Part shown: piece after piece, positions 29,855-40,531 of the stretch
How positions within the stretch are numbered: position 1 is the first letter of the stretch
Layout of the letters: every line of letters begins with the position of its first letter
NCBI GenBank assembly: GCA_965213685.1
Contig: CBDBZY010000003.1
Span: 192,001-256,000, forward strand
Origin: a bacterium
GTDB taxonomy: Bacteria > UBA8248
Length of the DNA stretch: 64,000 nt
Direction: 5' to 3'
Program-made: the position numbers and the translations under genes
Notes under the pieces: generated by a model
The model's input: the letters and a program-made list of their open reading frames with translations, nothing else
The model's database searches: none
Told to the model about the DNA's origin: nothing

Positions 29855-30358
29855 TCAAACGGCCTCGTATTTGTCCCGCGTGATGGTGTCCAGGTTGATG
29901 CCCTCGATTCGGATGAGGCGCGTCTCGCCCTCCCGCCTGGGGGAGTGGAATTCCCCCACGTCGTAGGCTTTCGAGTCGCCAGGTGCGAGGTCGTAGCTCC
30001 GCACGGGCTTCACCTTGCCCGGAGCGCCTCCGCCCGGCCTTTCGATGAGCTCGTAGTCCGTCATCGTGGTGGTGCCCACCGCCTGGCCGTAGATGGCCCA
30101 GGATGCGCCGTGATCGTGCGGTGGGCTTCCGCTGCCGCCCTTGTGCACGTGGGCGAAGATGCAAAAGCCGATGTCGGGGTCCTGATACAGGAGCGTCCGG
30201 GGAGATTCATTCTCCGGCCCCAGATGCTCCTGAACGAACGCTTCGTTCACCAGTATCTTCTCCAGGTTGTCGCTCACCTGCTGCAGGCCCGCCTTGCCCG
30301 AATCGCGTTTCAGGATGTCCTGGCACTCGGCGGCGAATTTGTCGAGTATCTCCCCCAT
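29855..30358 (-). CDS. Cysteine dioxygenase-like cupin
   Basis: PPHDHGASWAIYG and FHSP (three-His cupin pattern); GAGGAG RBS. Confidence 0.75.
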   Translation of the reverse strand: MGEILDKFAAECQDILKRDSGKAGLQQVSDNLEKILVNEAFVQEHLGPENESPRTLLYQDPDIGFCIFAHVHKGGSGSPPHDHGASWAIYGQAVGTTTMTDYELIERPGGGAPGKVKPVRSYDLAPGDSKAYDVGEFHSPRREGETRLIRIEGINLDTITRDKYEAV

Positions 30359-30471
30359 GGTATGTTCTCCTCTGGGATTGAAAGAATGGATGCCTCATCA
30401 TTGTATGCGTAGCCCGTCTCCTTTGTAAATCCGGGGAGGGGGCGGGCGATCCGGCGGGTTGGACGCGGAAC

Positions 30472-31263
30472 GTGGCGGAGGCGCGGATGGATGGCGTGAA
30501 TCAGCGCAACATCGACGTCTTCACGAAGGTGGCGGCGAGTTACGGCGGCTACTTCAGCGATGCGGAGCAAAATCGCCTGGGCGGGATGGCGCGCCGGGTC
30601 GGTTTCGGCCCCGGCAAATGGCTCGTCGATTTCGGGATGGGCACGGGGACTTCGGCGCTGGCCTTTCTTCGGGCGGGGGGCCGCGTCGTGGGGGTGGAGC
30701 TCACCCCTGCGATGGCCCGGAGCGGCCAGGTGCGCCTGCGGGAATGGGGGGTTCACGCGAATGCCCACTACGTCATCGCCAACGCGCACGAACCGCCCCT
30801 GGCGGATGGAGCGGCCGACGTCGCCGTCTGCCGGCACACGTTCCATCATCTGGAGCGGCCCCGGGAGGCGTTCCGGCAAATGGCGCGCTCGACCCGACCG
30901 GACGGCCACATCATCCTTATTGACTACCACTATCCCGACGAGGCGGCCGAGCGGGAGAAAATAGAAAATCTCGACCGCATGCGGGAGCCCTCCATCACGC
31001 GCCATCTGTCCCAAAAGGAGATGGAGGCGTATTTTCGGGAGGAGGGGATTCGCGTCGAGGACCTCGTCTTGGACAGGATGGACGTGCGGTTTGACGATTG
31101 GATGGACGACGCCAAGGTGTCCGCCGACGTGTTCCCGACGCTCCGGGGCGCGTTTGAAGCGCTGCGCGACCAAGGGGGGAGCTGGTATGAGGAGAGGGGG
31201 ACGGGACGCGAATTCTCCATCACGAGAAAACGGCTGACCATCCTAGGCCGAAAGACGGCCTGA
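30472..31263 (+). CDS. Class I SAM-dependent methyltransferase
   Basis: LVDFGMGTG, GVELTPAM, DVAVCRHTFHH, RPDG. Confidence 0.88.
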   Translation: MAEARMDGVNQRNIDVFTKVAASYGGYFSDAEQNRLGGMARRVGFGPGKWLVDFGMGTGTSALAFLRAGGRVVGVELTPAMARSGQVRLREWGVHANAHYVIANAHEPPLADGAADVAVCRHTFHHLERPREAFRQMARSTRPDGHIILIDYHYPDEAAEREKIENLDRMREPSITRHLSQKEMEAYFREEGIRVEDLVLDRMDVRFDDWMDDAKVSADVFPTLRGAFEALRDQGGSWYEERGTGREFSITRKRLTILGRKTA

Positions 31264-31366
31264 GCCTGCCGCCGGCCAGGGGCGCCTCCGCCCAAACCTC
31301 TTGCGGGCGCGCCGCCGCGCTAGCACAGGCGCCGCTCACGGGGCGGCCTCTCCCTGGAGGGAGGGG

Positions 31367-32077
31367 TCAGAAAGCGGGGCGGGGGGCGGCGTCACGTTCC
31401 GTCGCGCGTCGGCGGCCGTGCGCCGGATGGCACATTCGCCTGAGCCGCATGACCGCGCTGTCGGGGCTGCTGAGAACCCTGGAACCCAGCCGGCGGGCTA
31501 CCCGCTCCCGCGCTTGGGCCATGGAGAATTGGGCGAGCAGGGTGACGTCGGCGTCGGGGCGGGCGGCGGCCGCCTCCGCGATGAGCGCATTGTGGGCGTC
31601 CGCGTCTCCCGCGCGCAGGGCGTCGAGGGCACCCTCCACGAATGATGCTCCGATGCGCACCTCTACGCTGTTTCGCACCGCCAGTGCTTCCAGCTCTTTT
31701 CGCATGGATGGAATGGAGGGCCGGAAGGTGGAGAGGATGTGGATGCGCCCCCCGGCGGACACCGCCTCGTCGAGCATCGCCTGGTTTGGCTTCAGCACGG
31801 GGAGTGCGAGCCTCTTCTGAACGGCTTCAATCGCCTCGCCGAAGGCGGAGCACGAAAAGAGGATGCCCTCCGCCCCTCCTTGGCGCGCGAAGTCCGCGAG
31901 TCGGCCCACGCGCCGGAAGAGGGCGGGCGTGAGGCGTCCGGCCGCATCCAAATCGCGGGCGAGGGACTCGTCGAGCAGCTGGAAGGTCTCGGCGTCCGGC
32001 CAGTGTTTCCGGAAGGCGGTATCGATGGGAGGCGCCGCTATGCCGGTCGCATGAATCACGCCGATGCAGGCAGACAT
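31367..32077 (-). CDS. Asp/Glu/hydantoin racemase family protein
   Basis: IHAT, LLDESL, ILFSCSAFG, PVLKPN, LLAQFSMA, VLSSP.SAV. Confidence 0.82.
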   Translation of the reverse strand: MSACIGVIHATGIAAPPIDTAFRKHWPDAETFQLLDESLARDLDAAGRLTPALFRRVGRLADFARQGGAEGILFSCSAFGEAIEAVQKRLALPVLKPNQAMLDEAVSAGGRIHILSTFRPSIPSMRKELEALAVRNSVEVRIGASFVEGALDALRAGDADAHNALIAEAAAARPDADVTLLAQFSMAQARERVARRLGSRVLSSPDSAVMRLRRMCHPAHGRRRATERDAAPRPAF

Positions 32078-32282
32078 GGTTTCGGCCAAAATCCTCTATC
32101 TAGAACAGAAAAAAATATCGAACAGAAAAAATACCTGGCTGACGGACGGCGACGCCAGGAAAAAGGAGGCTGGGGGTGGCAAGCCGCACCCCGCCCGAAG
32201 GCCCCTCCCCCCGCGCCATGGCGGGCGGCGAACGGAGCGCTGCGCGCGCGTGACGCCTCCCGCGCCGCTTCTTCTCGGTTCG

Positions 32283-34052
32283 CTATTTCGGCGGCACCAA
32301 CGGCAGCATGATGTAGGAGGGATGCCGGGGTCCGCAGTGCAGCGTCACGTCCCCGGAGAAAATCTCCTCCGGCCTGTCGGTCGGGTCGTCATGCAGGAAT
32401 GGCCCGCAGCCCCGGAACACGTTTTTCATGTTCGAGAGCCTGTGCGTCGTGGCGCAGCTGTATTCATAGTCCTTGCCCCGCACGCTGAGAGCGAGCCGAT
32501 AGCCGGGAGGCACCACGATGCAGGTGGGCCAGACCTCGACGTCGAGTTCGTATATCTCCCCGGGGGTGAGGGGCTGCTTCTCGTCGTGTGCCTGGTATGG
32601 CTTCCACTCGGTCGACAGCTCGGGAACGAGCTTTCTGTGCGACGCCCTGAGCCAGCCCTGGGCGATGGGCGTGTTGGGGTCGAGCGTGCCCTGGAAGGTG
32701 ATCTCCTTCATGTCGGGCGTGAAGAGGCGCACCACCAAAAACAAGTCCGCGTCGGCCGTCTCCGATGACACGAAGAGCTTGGACGCGATGGGGCCGGTGA
32801 TCTCCGTCTCGGCGTCGAAGGGCGGCAGCATGAAGGTGACGCCCTCGCCCATGCCTCCGTAGGCGATGGATTGCGCAACGTCGGCGGGCGCGGCGTCCAG
32901 GCTCATGTGGTGCGGGTTCAGATAAAACTTCGTCCATCGCGTGCGCGCGAGCGGCCACTCGTTCTCGGTGCGGTTGATGAATTTTTCTCCCACGTGGCGC
33001 ACCTTGAGCATCACGGGCGGCCTCTCCTTCCATCCGTTGTCCGCCCCCTTGAGGTAGTGGCCGAAAAACTGCTTCTGGAGATTCTCCCCGTAGGGAGTAT
33101 AAAACTCCGTCCAGTGCTCGAATCCGTGGACTTCCAGCCATTTCTCTTTGGAGGCGGCGCGCATGAAGCCCTCGTAGTTTCCCCTGGGGTGCAGTCCCTG
33201 CCCGCCCCAGCTCGCCGCCGAGAGGAAGGGCGTTTCGATCTTCTCCCAATGGGCGGAACGCTGGCGATGCCAGTCGTCATCGAGTGCGTGCTCCAGAATC
33301 TCTCCCCCGTAATCGGAGCGGTTTTTCGCCAGCGCCTCCGCACTCAAGGTCTCGGGGCCGCAGACCAGGCCGCCGTGCACGCGGCTTTTCGGGCCGTTCT
33401 CCCCCAGCCCGTGCTGCACGGTCTTCACCTGCATGTCGTACCAGTTGGCCAGGAACGTGGTGAGGATTCCTCCCTGGTGGCTCATGTCGCGGTAGAAGTC
33501 GGCGGCCCCCTCCCAGACGCACATCGCCGCCAGGTGCCTGGGTCGGAGGCCCGCCACGTGCCATTGATTGATGGCGTAGTAGGAGATGCCCGTCAGCCCC
33601 ACCTTGCCGTTGCACCAGGGCTGCGCGCCCGCCCAGTCGATGCAGATGGCGAAATCCCGCGTCTCGCGCATGGAGAAGTGGTCGATATAGCCTGGCGAGC
33701 GGCCCGCCCCCCTGGAATCCACGCGGACGCAGATGTAGCCGTCCGGCACCCATTTCTCCGGGTCCACGACCTCCCAGCTCTGGTGCGCGTTCGAGGAGCC
33801 GGCGATGGCGTCGGGATGCGCGGCGGAGAACAGCTCCCACGCCGTCTCGTAGCCGTCCTGCCAGGCGAGGTCTTTCGCGTAGGGGCCATAGCTCAGGATG
33901 ACCGGGTATCGCCCGCCGTCGTCGGGTCGATAGACGTTCGCCCGCAGCACCAGGCCATCGTCCATCCGGACGGGGACGTCCCATTCGATCAGAAAGCCGT
34001 CGCGCCTCTCGCTGCGGTATTGCGGGTCCGCGCCCAAATCCGTATCGCTCAT
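32283..34052 (-). CDS. CocE/NonD family hydrolase, paralog 2
   Basis: MDDGLVLRANVYRP, VDSRGAGRSPG, GKVGLTGISYY, GWLRASHR. Confidence 0.93.
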   Translation of the reverse strand: MSDTDLGADPQYRSERRDGFLIEWDVPVRMDDGLVLRANVYRPDDGGRYPVILSYGPYAKDLAWQDGYETAWELFSAAHPDAIAGSSNAHQSWEVVDPEKWVPDGYICVRVDSRGAGRSPGYIDHFSMRETRDFAICIDWAGAQPWCNGKVGLTGISYYAINQWHVAGLRPRHLAAMCVWEGAADFYRDMSHQGGILTTFLANWYDMQVKTVQHGLGENGPKSRVHGGLVCGPETLSAEALAKNRSDYGGEILEHALDDDWHRQRSAHWEKIETPFLSAASWGGQGLHPRGNYEGFMRAASKEKWLEVHGFEHWTEFYTPYGENLQKQFFGHYLKGADNGWKERPPVMLKVRHVGEKFINRTENEWPLARTRWTKFYLNPHHMSLDAAPADVAQSIAYGGMGEGVTFMLPPFDAETEITGPIASKLFVSSETADADLFLVVRLFTPDMKEITFQGTLDPNTPIAQGWLRASHRKLVPELSTEWKPYQAHDEKQPLTPGEIYELDVEVWPTCIVVPPGYRLALSVRGKDYEYSCATTHRLSNMKNVFRGCGPFLHDDPTDRPEEIFSGDVTLHCGPRHPSYIMLPLVPPK

Positions 34053-34120
34053 CGCTCCCTCATGCGGTCAAGGTGGAAACAAGACGCCCCCAATGGGCCG
34101 CACTGCCGGTTCGTCTTCCT

Positions 34121-35878
34121 CTATTTCTCTGGAATCACCGGAAGCATCAGGTAGGCTCCGTGCTCCCCGCCGCAGTGGAGGGTGACGTTCTTCCCAAACA
34201 CGTCGGCCGGCCTGTCCCTGGGGTCGTTGTGAATGAAGCAGCCGCAACCGGTGAACTCGTTTTTCATGTTGGAGAGGCCAGCCCCCGTCGTCCCGCCCGG
34301 GTAGGTGTAGTCCTTGCCGCGCACGGTGAAGGCGACCCGGTGGCCCTGCGGAATCACGATGCAGGTCGGCCATATCTCGACGTCCAGCGCATAGACCGCC
34401 CCCGGCGTCAACGGCTGCTCCTCGTCATGCGTGTGATAGGGCCTGTAGGGGAGAGATTTCTCCGCGTCGAGCTTTCTGTGCGACGCCCGGAGCCAGCCTT
34501 GCGCGATGGGGGTGTGCGGGTCGAGCGCGCCCTGGAAGACGACTTCTTCCATGTTCGGGGAGAACACGCGGACGACCAGGAAAAGGTCGGCGTCGGTCGT
34601 CTCCGAGGACACGAAGAGTTTAGCCGCGATGGGGCCGGTGACCTCCGTCTCCCGGGAGATGGGCGGCGTGAGGAAGGTGACGCCCTCGCTGAAGCCGGCG
34701 TAGGTGGCGGTCGCCGCCTCCTGCACCGGGCCGTTCTCCAGCGCGTGCGTCCGCGCGTTGAGGTAATACTTGGTCCATTGCGTTCGCGCCAGGGGCCATT
34801 CGCTCTCCTGGCGCTCGACGAAGCGCTCCCCGGGGTGGCGAACCTGGAGCAGCACCCTGGGCTGCTCCCCCCAGCCGGTGTCCTCCCCCTTGAGGTAGTG
34901 GCCAAAGAACCTCTTCTGCAGGTTGACGCCGTAGTCGGTGTAAAACTCCGTCCAGTGCTCGATGCCGTGAACCTCGAGCCACTTCTCCTCGCACCCCGTC
35001 TCCAGAAAGCCCTCGAAGTTTCCGCGGGGGTGGAGGCCCTGCCCGCCCCAGTTGGCGGAGGAGAGGAGCGGCACCTCTATCTTCTGGAAGTCGGGCATTC
35101 TCGATTGCCAGTAATCGTCCGTGTCGAGTTTGTGGGAGAAGCAATCCTCCCCGAAATCGTGGCGGTTCGCCCCGAGCTCCTCCTCGGTGAGCGTGGGGGG
35201 GCCGGACACCCAGTCGCCCGTGAACCGGCTTCTGAATCCGCGCTTGCCGCGCCCGTGCTGGACGCTGTAGACCTGCATCTCGGGCCAGTTGCGCGCGAAG
35301 CCGTTGCAGAAGATGCCGCCGTGGTGGGCCATCTCGCGGTAGAAGTCCGCAGCCCCCTCCCAGACGCACATGGCGGCGAGATGCGGCGGCCGGAGCGCGC
35401 CCACCTGCCACTGGTTCATGCCGTAGTAGGAGATGCCGTTCAGTCCGATCTTCCCCGTGCTCCAGGGCTGAACGGCCGCCCATTCAATGCACTGGTAGAA
35501 GTCCTGCGCCTCGCGCGCCGACCAGATGTCGATGACGCCGGGCGAGCGGCCCGCCCCGCGCGAATCCACGCGAATGACGACGTAGCCGTCCGGCACCCAC
35601 TTCTCCGGGTCGACGACCTCCCAGTTCTGGTATTTGTTGGTGGAGCCGGCGGGGACGTCGGGGTGCTCCTCGACCATGCGCGTCCAGCAGGTCTCATACA
35701 GGTCTTCAAAGTGCAGGTATTTGCCGTAGGGGCCGTATGTCATGATGACGGGGTATTTCCTCCCCTCATCCTGCGGCCGGTAGACATCGCACCGCAGGAC
35801 GACGCCGTCCTCCATGGGGATGGGCACGTCCCAGTCGATGCGCATCCCGTCCCTGTCGTCCGTCCTGAAGTCGTTCAT
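34121..35878 (-). CDS. CocE/NonD family hydrolase, paralog 1
   Basis: MEDGVVLRCDVYRP, VDSRGAGRSPG, GKIGLNGISYY, GWLRASHR. Confidence 0.93.
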   Translation of the reverse strand: MNDFRTDDRDGMRIDWDVPIPMEDGVVLRCDVYRPQDEGRKYPVIMTYGPYGKYLHFEDLYETCWTRMVEEHPDVPAGSTNKYQNWEVVDPEKWVPDGYVVIRVDSRGAGRSPGVIDIWSAREAQDFYQCIEWAAVQPWSTGKIGLNGISYYGMNQWQVGALRPPHLAAMCVWEGAADFYREMAHHGGIFCNGFARNWPEMQVYSVQHGRGKRGFRSRFTGDWVSGPPTLTEEELGANRHDFGEDCFSHKLDTDDYWQSRMPDFQKIEVPLLSSANWGGQGLHPRGNFEGFLETGCEEKWLEVHGIEHWTEFYTDYGVNLQKRFFGHYLKGEDTGWGEQPRVLLQVRHPGERFVERQESEWPLARTQWTKYYLNARTHALENGPVQEAATATYAGFSEGVTFLTPPISRETEVTGPIAAKLFVSSETTDADLFLVVRVFSPNMEEVVFQGALDPHTPIAQGWLRASHRKLDAEKSLPYRPYHTHDEEQPLTPGAVYALDVEIWPTCIVIPQGHRVAFTVRGKDYTYPGGTTGAGLSNMKNEFTGCGCFIHNDPRDRPADVFGKNVTLHCGGEHGAYLMLPVIPEK

Positions 35879-36063
35879 TCGCTCTCCCTCAATCATCCGC
35901 AACGCGCTTTGCCCGGGCGGTGCGGGCGGTCGCCATGAAAGGCCATGTTATTGTCGCGTCAATGAGCGAGGCGATTATACCGGGTTTGCGCCCCCTGATC
36001 CAGGCGGGCGGCGCGTTCCGCGCCCGTTTTTCCCTGGCCGGGCGATGGGAGGAGAGAGACGCC

Positions 36064-37101
36064 TTATGATGAATCCGTGCGATAGGCCCGCGTGATCGCC
36101 TGGCTCGACGTGTTCCAGCCCGGAATGGCCAGGCAGGAGGGCCCGGGGACGCCGCCGGCGACGAGGAGCAGGATGTCATCCGCCTCATGCACCATCGGGG
36201 CGAGGGAATCGTCGTCCGCGTGGTCCACCCAGTCCGGCCAGCGCGACAGCCCGGGGCCCCGGTAGCGCCCGCCCTTTTTGAGGATGCCCACCGGCATTCT
36301 CGCCCGCTCGAACAGCTCCTGCTTGACGTCCGCCCGGCCCATGCCCCCCCTGGCGAGGATGTCGGCGTGGTCGGGGCCGACCACGATGACCCAGTTCGTC
36401 CGGGTGTAGGCGGTCGTGGCGCCCATGGAGCACATCGTGTTGGCCAGGGTGGTGAGGACGCCTTCGGGGGCTGCGCTCACGTCGTCCATGGACATGCGCG
36501 GGGCCTCCGCGTTGCAGACCGTGATGACGTCCTCGCCACCCTGGAAGCCGAAGTCGGTCGGCAGCGGCTCCCAGGGGCTTTGCTCTTCGTTCTCCCGGAC
36601 GCAGTAGGTGAATTTGGAGGGACTGCCGAAGGTGCTCATGTCGGAGACGCCCGGGAGGCCGCCCCCCGTGTTCATCATGATGAGCCGTATCGCCCGGCCG
36701 ATGGTGGCGTTCGCCCGAAAGCCGGGGCCGAAGCATCCCGAGCCTGCGCGCACGCCGATTTCTCGCGCATACGGCCCGTTGAGGATCAGGAGGGGGCCGC
36801 CGGTGAACATGGTGGCCTGAATGCCCACGAGGTTGAAGCACTCGACGAGCATGGCCTCGAGCGCGCCCAGCACCACGGGCAGGTATTCCGGCCTGCAGCC
36901 CGCCATCAGGGCGTGAAGGGCGACGCTCTCCACCGTCGCCCGGTTCATCGAGGGCGGAACCTCGCCCAGAACCTCTCCGGGTGCCCGGTCCGCGCCGTCC
37001 AGCATCCAGGCGAGGCGATCGGGCGTGGGCGTCACCACGGGAAGCCCGTCCGACCAGGGCATATCGAAGAAATGCTCAAAAGGGTCTGTCGTCTCGTCCA
37101 T
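36064..37101 (-). CDS. Conserved hypothetical protein (WSDGLPVVxPT family), paralog 2
   Basis: Same motifs as 19009-20034. Confidence 0.85.
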   Translation of the reverse strand: MDETTDPFEHFFDMPWSDGLPVVTPTPDRLAWMLDGADRAPGEVLGEVPPSMNRATVESVALHALMAGCRPEYLPVVLGALEAMLVECFNLVGIQATMFTGGPLLILNGPYAREIGVRAGSGCFGPGFRANATIGRAIRLIMMNTGGGLPGVSDMSTFGSPSKFTYCVRENEEQSPWEPLPTDFGFQGGEDVITVCNAEAPRMSMDDVSAAPEGVLTTLANTMCSMGATTAYTRTNWVIVVGPDHADILARGGMGRADVKQELFERARMPVGILKKGGRYRGPGLSRWPDWVDHADDDSLAPMVHEADDILLLVAGGVPGPSCLAIPGWNTSSQAITRAYRTDSS

Positions 37102-37110
37102 GGCTCGTCC

Positions 37111-38004
37111 TCACAGGGAAAGGCCGTAAAAACGCTTCGCGTTCTCGAAGGAGACCCTGCGAATCGTCTCGTCCGGGAGGCCGGCGTTTCGCATGGCGCG
37201 CAGCGTTTTCGGAACCGAGAGGATGTCGATGGGCCGATAGCCCAGATGGTCGGAGTTGAGCATGATTCGCTCCGGACCAAAGGTTTTCACCCACGCGATG
37301 ACCTCGGCGGGCTGGATGGGGCGGAGCGCACTGCCGATGCTGATGGCGCACATCGCCCGCGTGTTCCGATGGATGTAGTCGATGGTCGTGCCGTCGGTGT
37401 GATCGACCGCGACGCGGGCTTCGTCAAAGCCGGCCCGCCCGAGCACCTCCAGGTCTTCTTGCAGGTAATGCAGGCGAATGCGCTCTGGCGCGACGCCCTC
37501 CCGCACAGCGACTTTTCCCAGAAAATCCTCGCTTCTCTTCGGCGTGGGCGTGTGCAGGATGATGGGCTTGCCGTGCGCTTGGGCGATCCGTGCCTGCGCC
37601 TCCAGGCAGGCGGCCTGCTCATCCATCGCCCACGCGAGGGAGAAATATTGCGTGGGGTCGAGGCCGACCTCGCCGAGGGCGACGACGTGCGGGTCCTCCA
37701 GGAAGCCTGCGAGTTCGGGCAGCAACTTTTCCCAGTCGCGAACTCTCGTCATCGAGCTGATGCCGACAGCACAGCGGATGTGGATGAAATGCTGCGCCTC
37801 CGAGGCCTGGGCCATCGCGACGGGCCCCTCCCAGAAGCGCATCAGGTCATCAAAGCCCGGCGCCTCGTCCCATACCTCGCGATAGAGGTGGGGGTTGCCG
37901 CAGGAGAGCACGGCCGCGCACATGCCAGTGGTGCCCAGAAGCTCCCAATCGTCCCAGCTCAAGGCGTGCATGTGGTTGTGGCTGTCGATGTATTCGCCGA
38001 ACAT
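37111..38004 (-). CDS. TatD-related amidohydrolase-fold metallohydrolase
   Basis: DSHNHMH, ALGEVGLD, ILHTP, VDH, LNSD. Confidence 0.85.
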   Translation of the reverse strand: MFGEYIDSHNHMHALSWDDWELLGTTGMCAAVLSCGNPHLYREVWDEAPGFDDLMRFWEGPVAMAQASEAQHFIHIRCAVGISSMTRVRDWEKLLPELAGFLEDPHVVALGEVGLDPTQYFSLAWAMDEQAACLEAQARIAQAHGKPIILHTPTPKRSEDFLGKVAVREGVAPERIRLHYLQEDLEVLGRAGFDEARVAVDHTDGTTIDYIHRNTRAMCAISIGSALRPIQPAEVIAWVKTFGPERIMLNSDHLGYRPIDILSVPKTLRAMRNAGLPDETIRRVSFENAKRFYGLSL

Positions 38005-38039
38005 CGCGCGCCCTCCCGTCCGCCGCTTGGCGGCTTGCC

Positions 38040-38115
38040 TGGTGCGCGTGGCAGGAGTCGAACCTGCGACTTCCTGCTCCGGAGGCAGGCGCTCTATCCT
38101 CTGAGCTACACGCGC
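38040..38115 (-). tRNA. tRNA-Arg(CCG)
   Basis: GCGCGTG-TAGCTCAGAGGATAGAGC-G-CCTGC-CT-CCG-GA-GCAGG..GGTTCGACTCC-TGC-CACGCGC-ACCA; 76 nt with encoded CCA. Confidence 0.97.
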
Positions 38116-38140
38116 ATTTCAGGAGTCGGTGGCCTCAGCC

Positions 38141-38380
38141 CTAGAGCCTGGAGTGGGAGCCGTCGCACATGGGCGCGTTGCCCGTCTGCTTGCAGCCGCA
38201 AAAGGCGCAGGTTTTTCCCGCCTGAACATCGACCACGACGGGGCGGAAACCCGAGCCTTTGTGCGAGCCGTCGCAAAAAGGCTGCGATTCGCTGAGACCG
38301 CATGCGCACCATGCGACTTTTCCGTCCTTCTCCGGCGTGTGGATGTATGGCGATTTTTGGGCCACGCGGGGGTCGGCCAT
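38141..38380 (-). CDS. CDGSH iron-sulfur domain protein (two domains)
   Basis: WCACGLSESQPFCDGSH and FCGCKQTGNAPMCDGSH. Confidence 0.93.
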   Translation of the reverse strand: MADPRVAQKSPYIHTPEKDGKVAWCACGLSESQPFCDGSHKGSGFRPVVVDVQAGKTCAFCGCKQTGNAPMCDGSHSRL

Positions 38381-38546
38381 CAATTCGTTCTCCTTCTCTC
38401 TCTCCAGCATGATAGGCGATGTGGACACCATCCGCTATTCTATCCGGAATCGGCGTCCTTGAAAAGAATGGCACGGGCACAACGGCGACGGGTGCCGCGC
38501 GCCCAAGAGGCGAGACGCCTGTCCGTGAAGACGAAACGGAGGCCAC

Positions 38547-39170
38547 ATGTCCGCATCCCCGCCCGCCCGCGTCCTGCGCGTGCTGGAGAAAGCCTACCCC
38601 GATGCGCGATGCGCGCTACGCTACCGGAATCCGCTGGAGCTGCTGGTGGCGACGATGCTCTCTGCCCAGTGCACGGATGAGCGGGTGAACGGGGTCACCC
38701 CCGCCCTGTTCGCCCGGTATCCGGACGCCGCTGCGTATGCGGCGGCGGCCCCCGGGGAGCTGGAGGAGCGCATCCACTCTTGCGGGTTCTACCGCCAGAA
38801 GGCGAAGGCCATTCGCGCGTGCTGCGGCCGCATTGCGGAGGAGTTCGGCGGCGAGGTGCCGACCCGCATGGATGATCTGATCACGCTGCCCGGCGTCGGT
38901 CGGAAGACGGCCAACGTCCTCAGGAACGAGGCCTATGGCCAGCCTGCGATCGCCGTGGATACGCACGTCTTGCGCACCGCCGGCCGACTGGGCTGGATAT
39001 CCACGAAAGACGCGGTGAAAGCCGAGTTTCAGCTCATGGACGCGGTACCGGAGAAGTGGTGGGGCCGCGTCACGCTGCTGTTGATCCATCACGGCAGGAA
39101 TTGCTGTGCTGCGCGGAGTCCCCGCTGCGCGGATTGCCCGCATGCGCAGGGGCTGGTTTTCGCCGGGTGA
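38547..39170 (+). CDS. nth: Endonuclease III
   Basis: LLVATMLSAQCTDERVN, LPGVGRKTANV, AVDTHV, C-x6-C-x2-C; extreme C-terminus probably frameshifted. Confidence 0.93.
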   Translation: MSASPPARVLRVLEKAYPDARCALRYRNPLELLVATMLSAQCTDERVNGVTPALFARYPDAAAYAAAAPGELEERIHSCGFYRQKAKAIRACCGRIAEEFGGEVPTRMDDLITLPGVGRKTANVLRNEAYGQPAIAVDTHVLRTAGRLGWISTKDAVKAEFQLMDAVPEKWWGRVTLLLIHHGRNCCAARSPRCADCPHAQGLVFAG

Positions 39171-39305
39171 GACCCGGCGTCTTTCGCCGTCCCGTCCGGC
39201 GGATCGTCGGCACGCGACTGGACAAGAGGTTTCGCGTGTCTTTATAATGAGGCCTCTGTCCACTTGTCTCGCTCGACGCGGAAGCCCGCAACCTGGAGGA
39301 CGCCC

Positions 39306-40304
<999 letters not shown>

Positions 40305-40531
40305 CCAGCCGCCCGCCTCCCCCCTGCAGGCCGCATGGAATCATTTCCTTCCCTCCTCTTGGAAAAGATGTCGGTTTTGGGATATAGTCGCCTACTTGTG
40401 GAAGCAATCATCCGCACGGATTGACCTGAATCTGAATGAGCGTAGTGGACGGCCGGAACCCGTATGGACTCCATTGCGGAAGCGTTTCTACGGGGCCGAA
40501 GCGACTACATGGGAAGAAAGGAAACTCGGTT

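Noticed and set aside
38040-38115. tRNA-Arg as an island integration site
   Set aside because: No duplicated tRNA 3' end and no integrase seen in the window
40442-40510. Purine riboswitch (TATGG, GTTTCTAC, CCG, GACTAC words in order)
   Set aside because: Spacing is wrong, P2 and P3 cannot form as in the consensus, and the downstream gene is unrelated to purines
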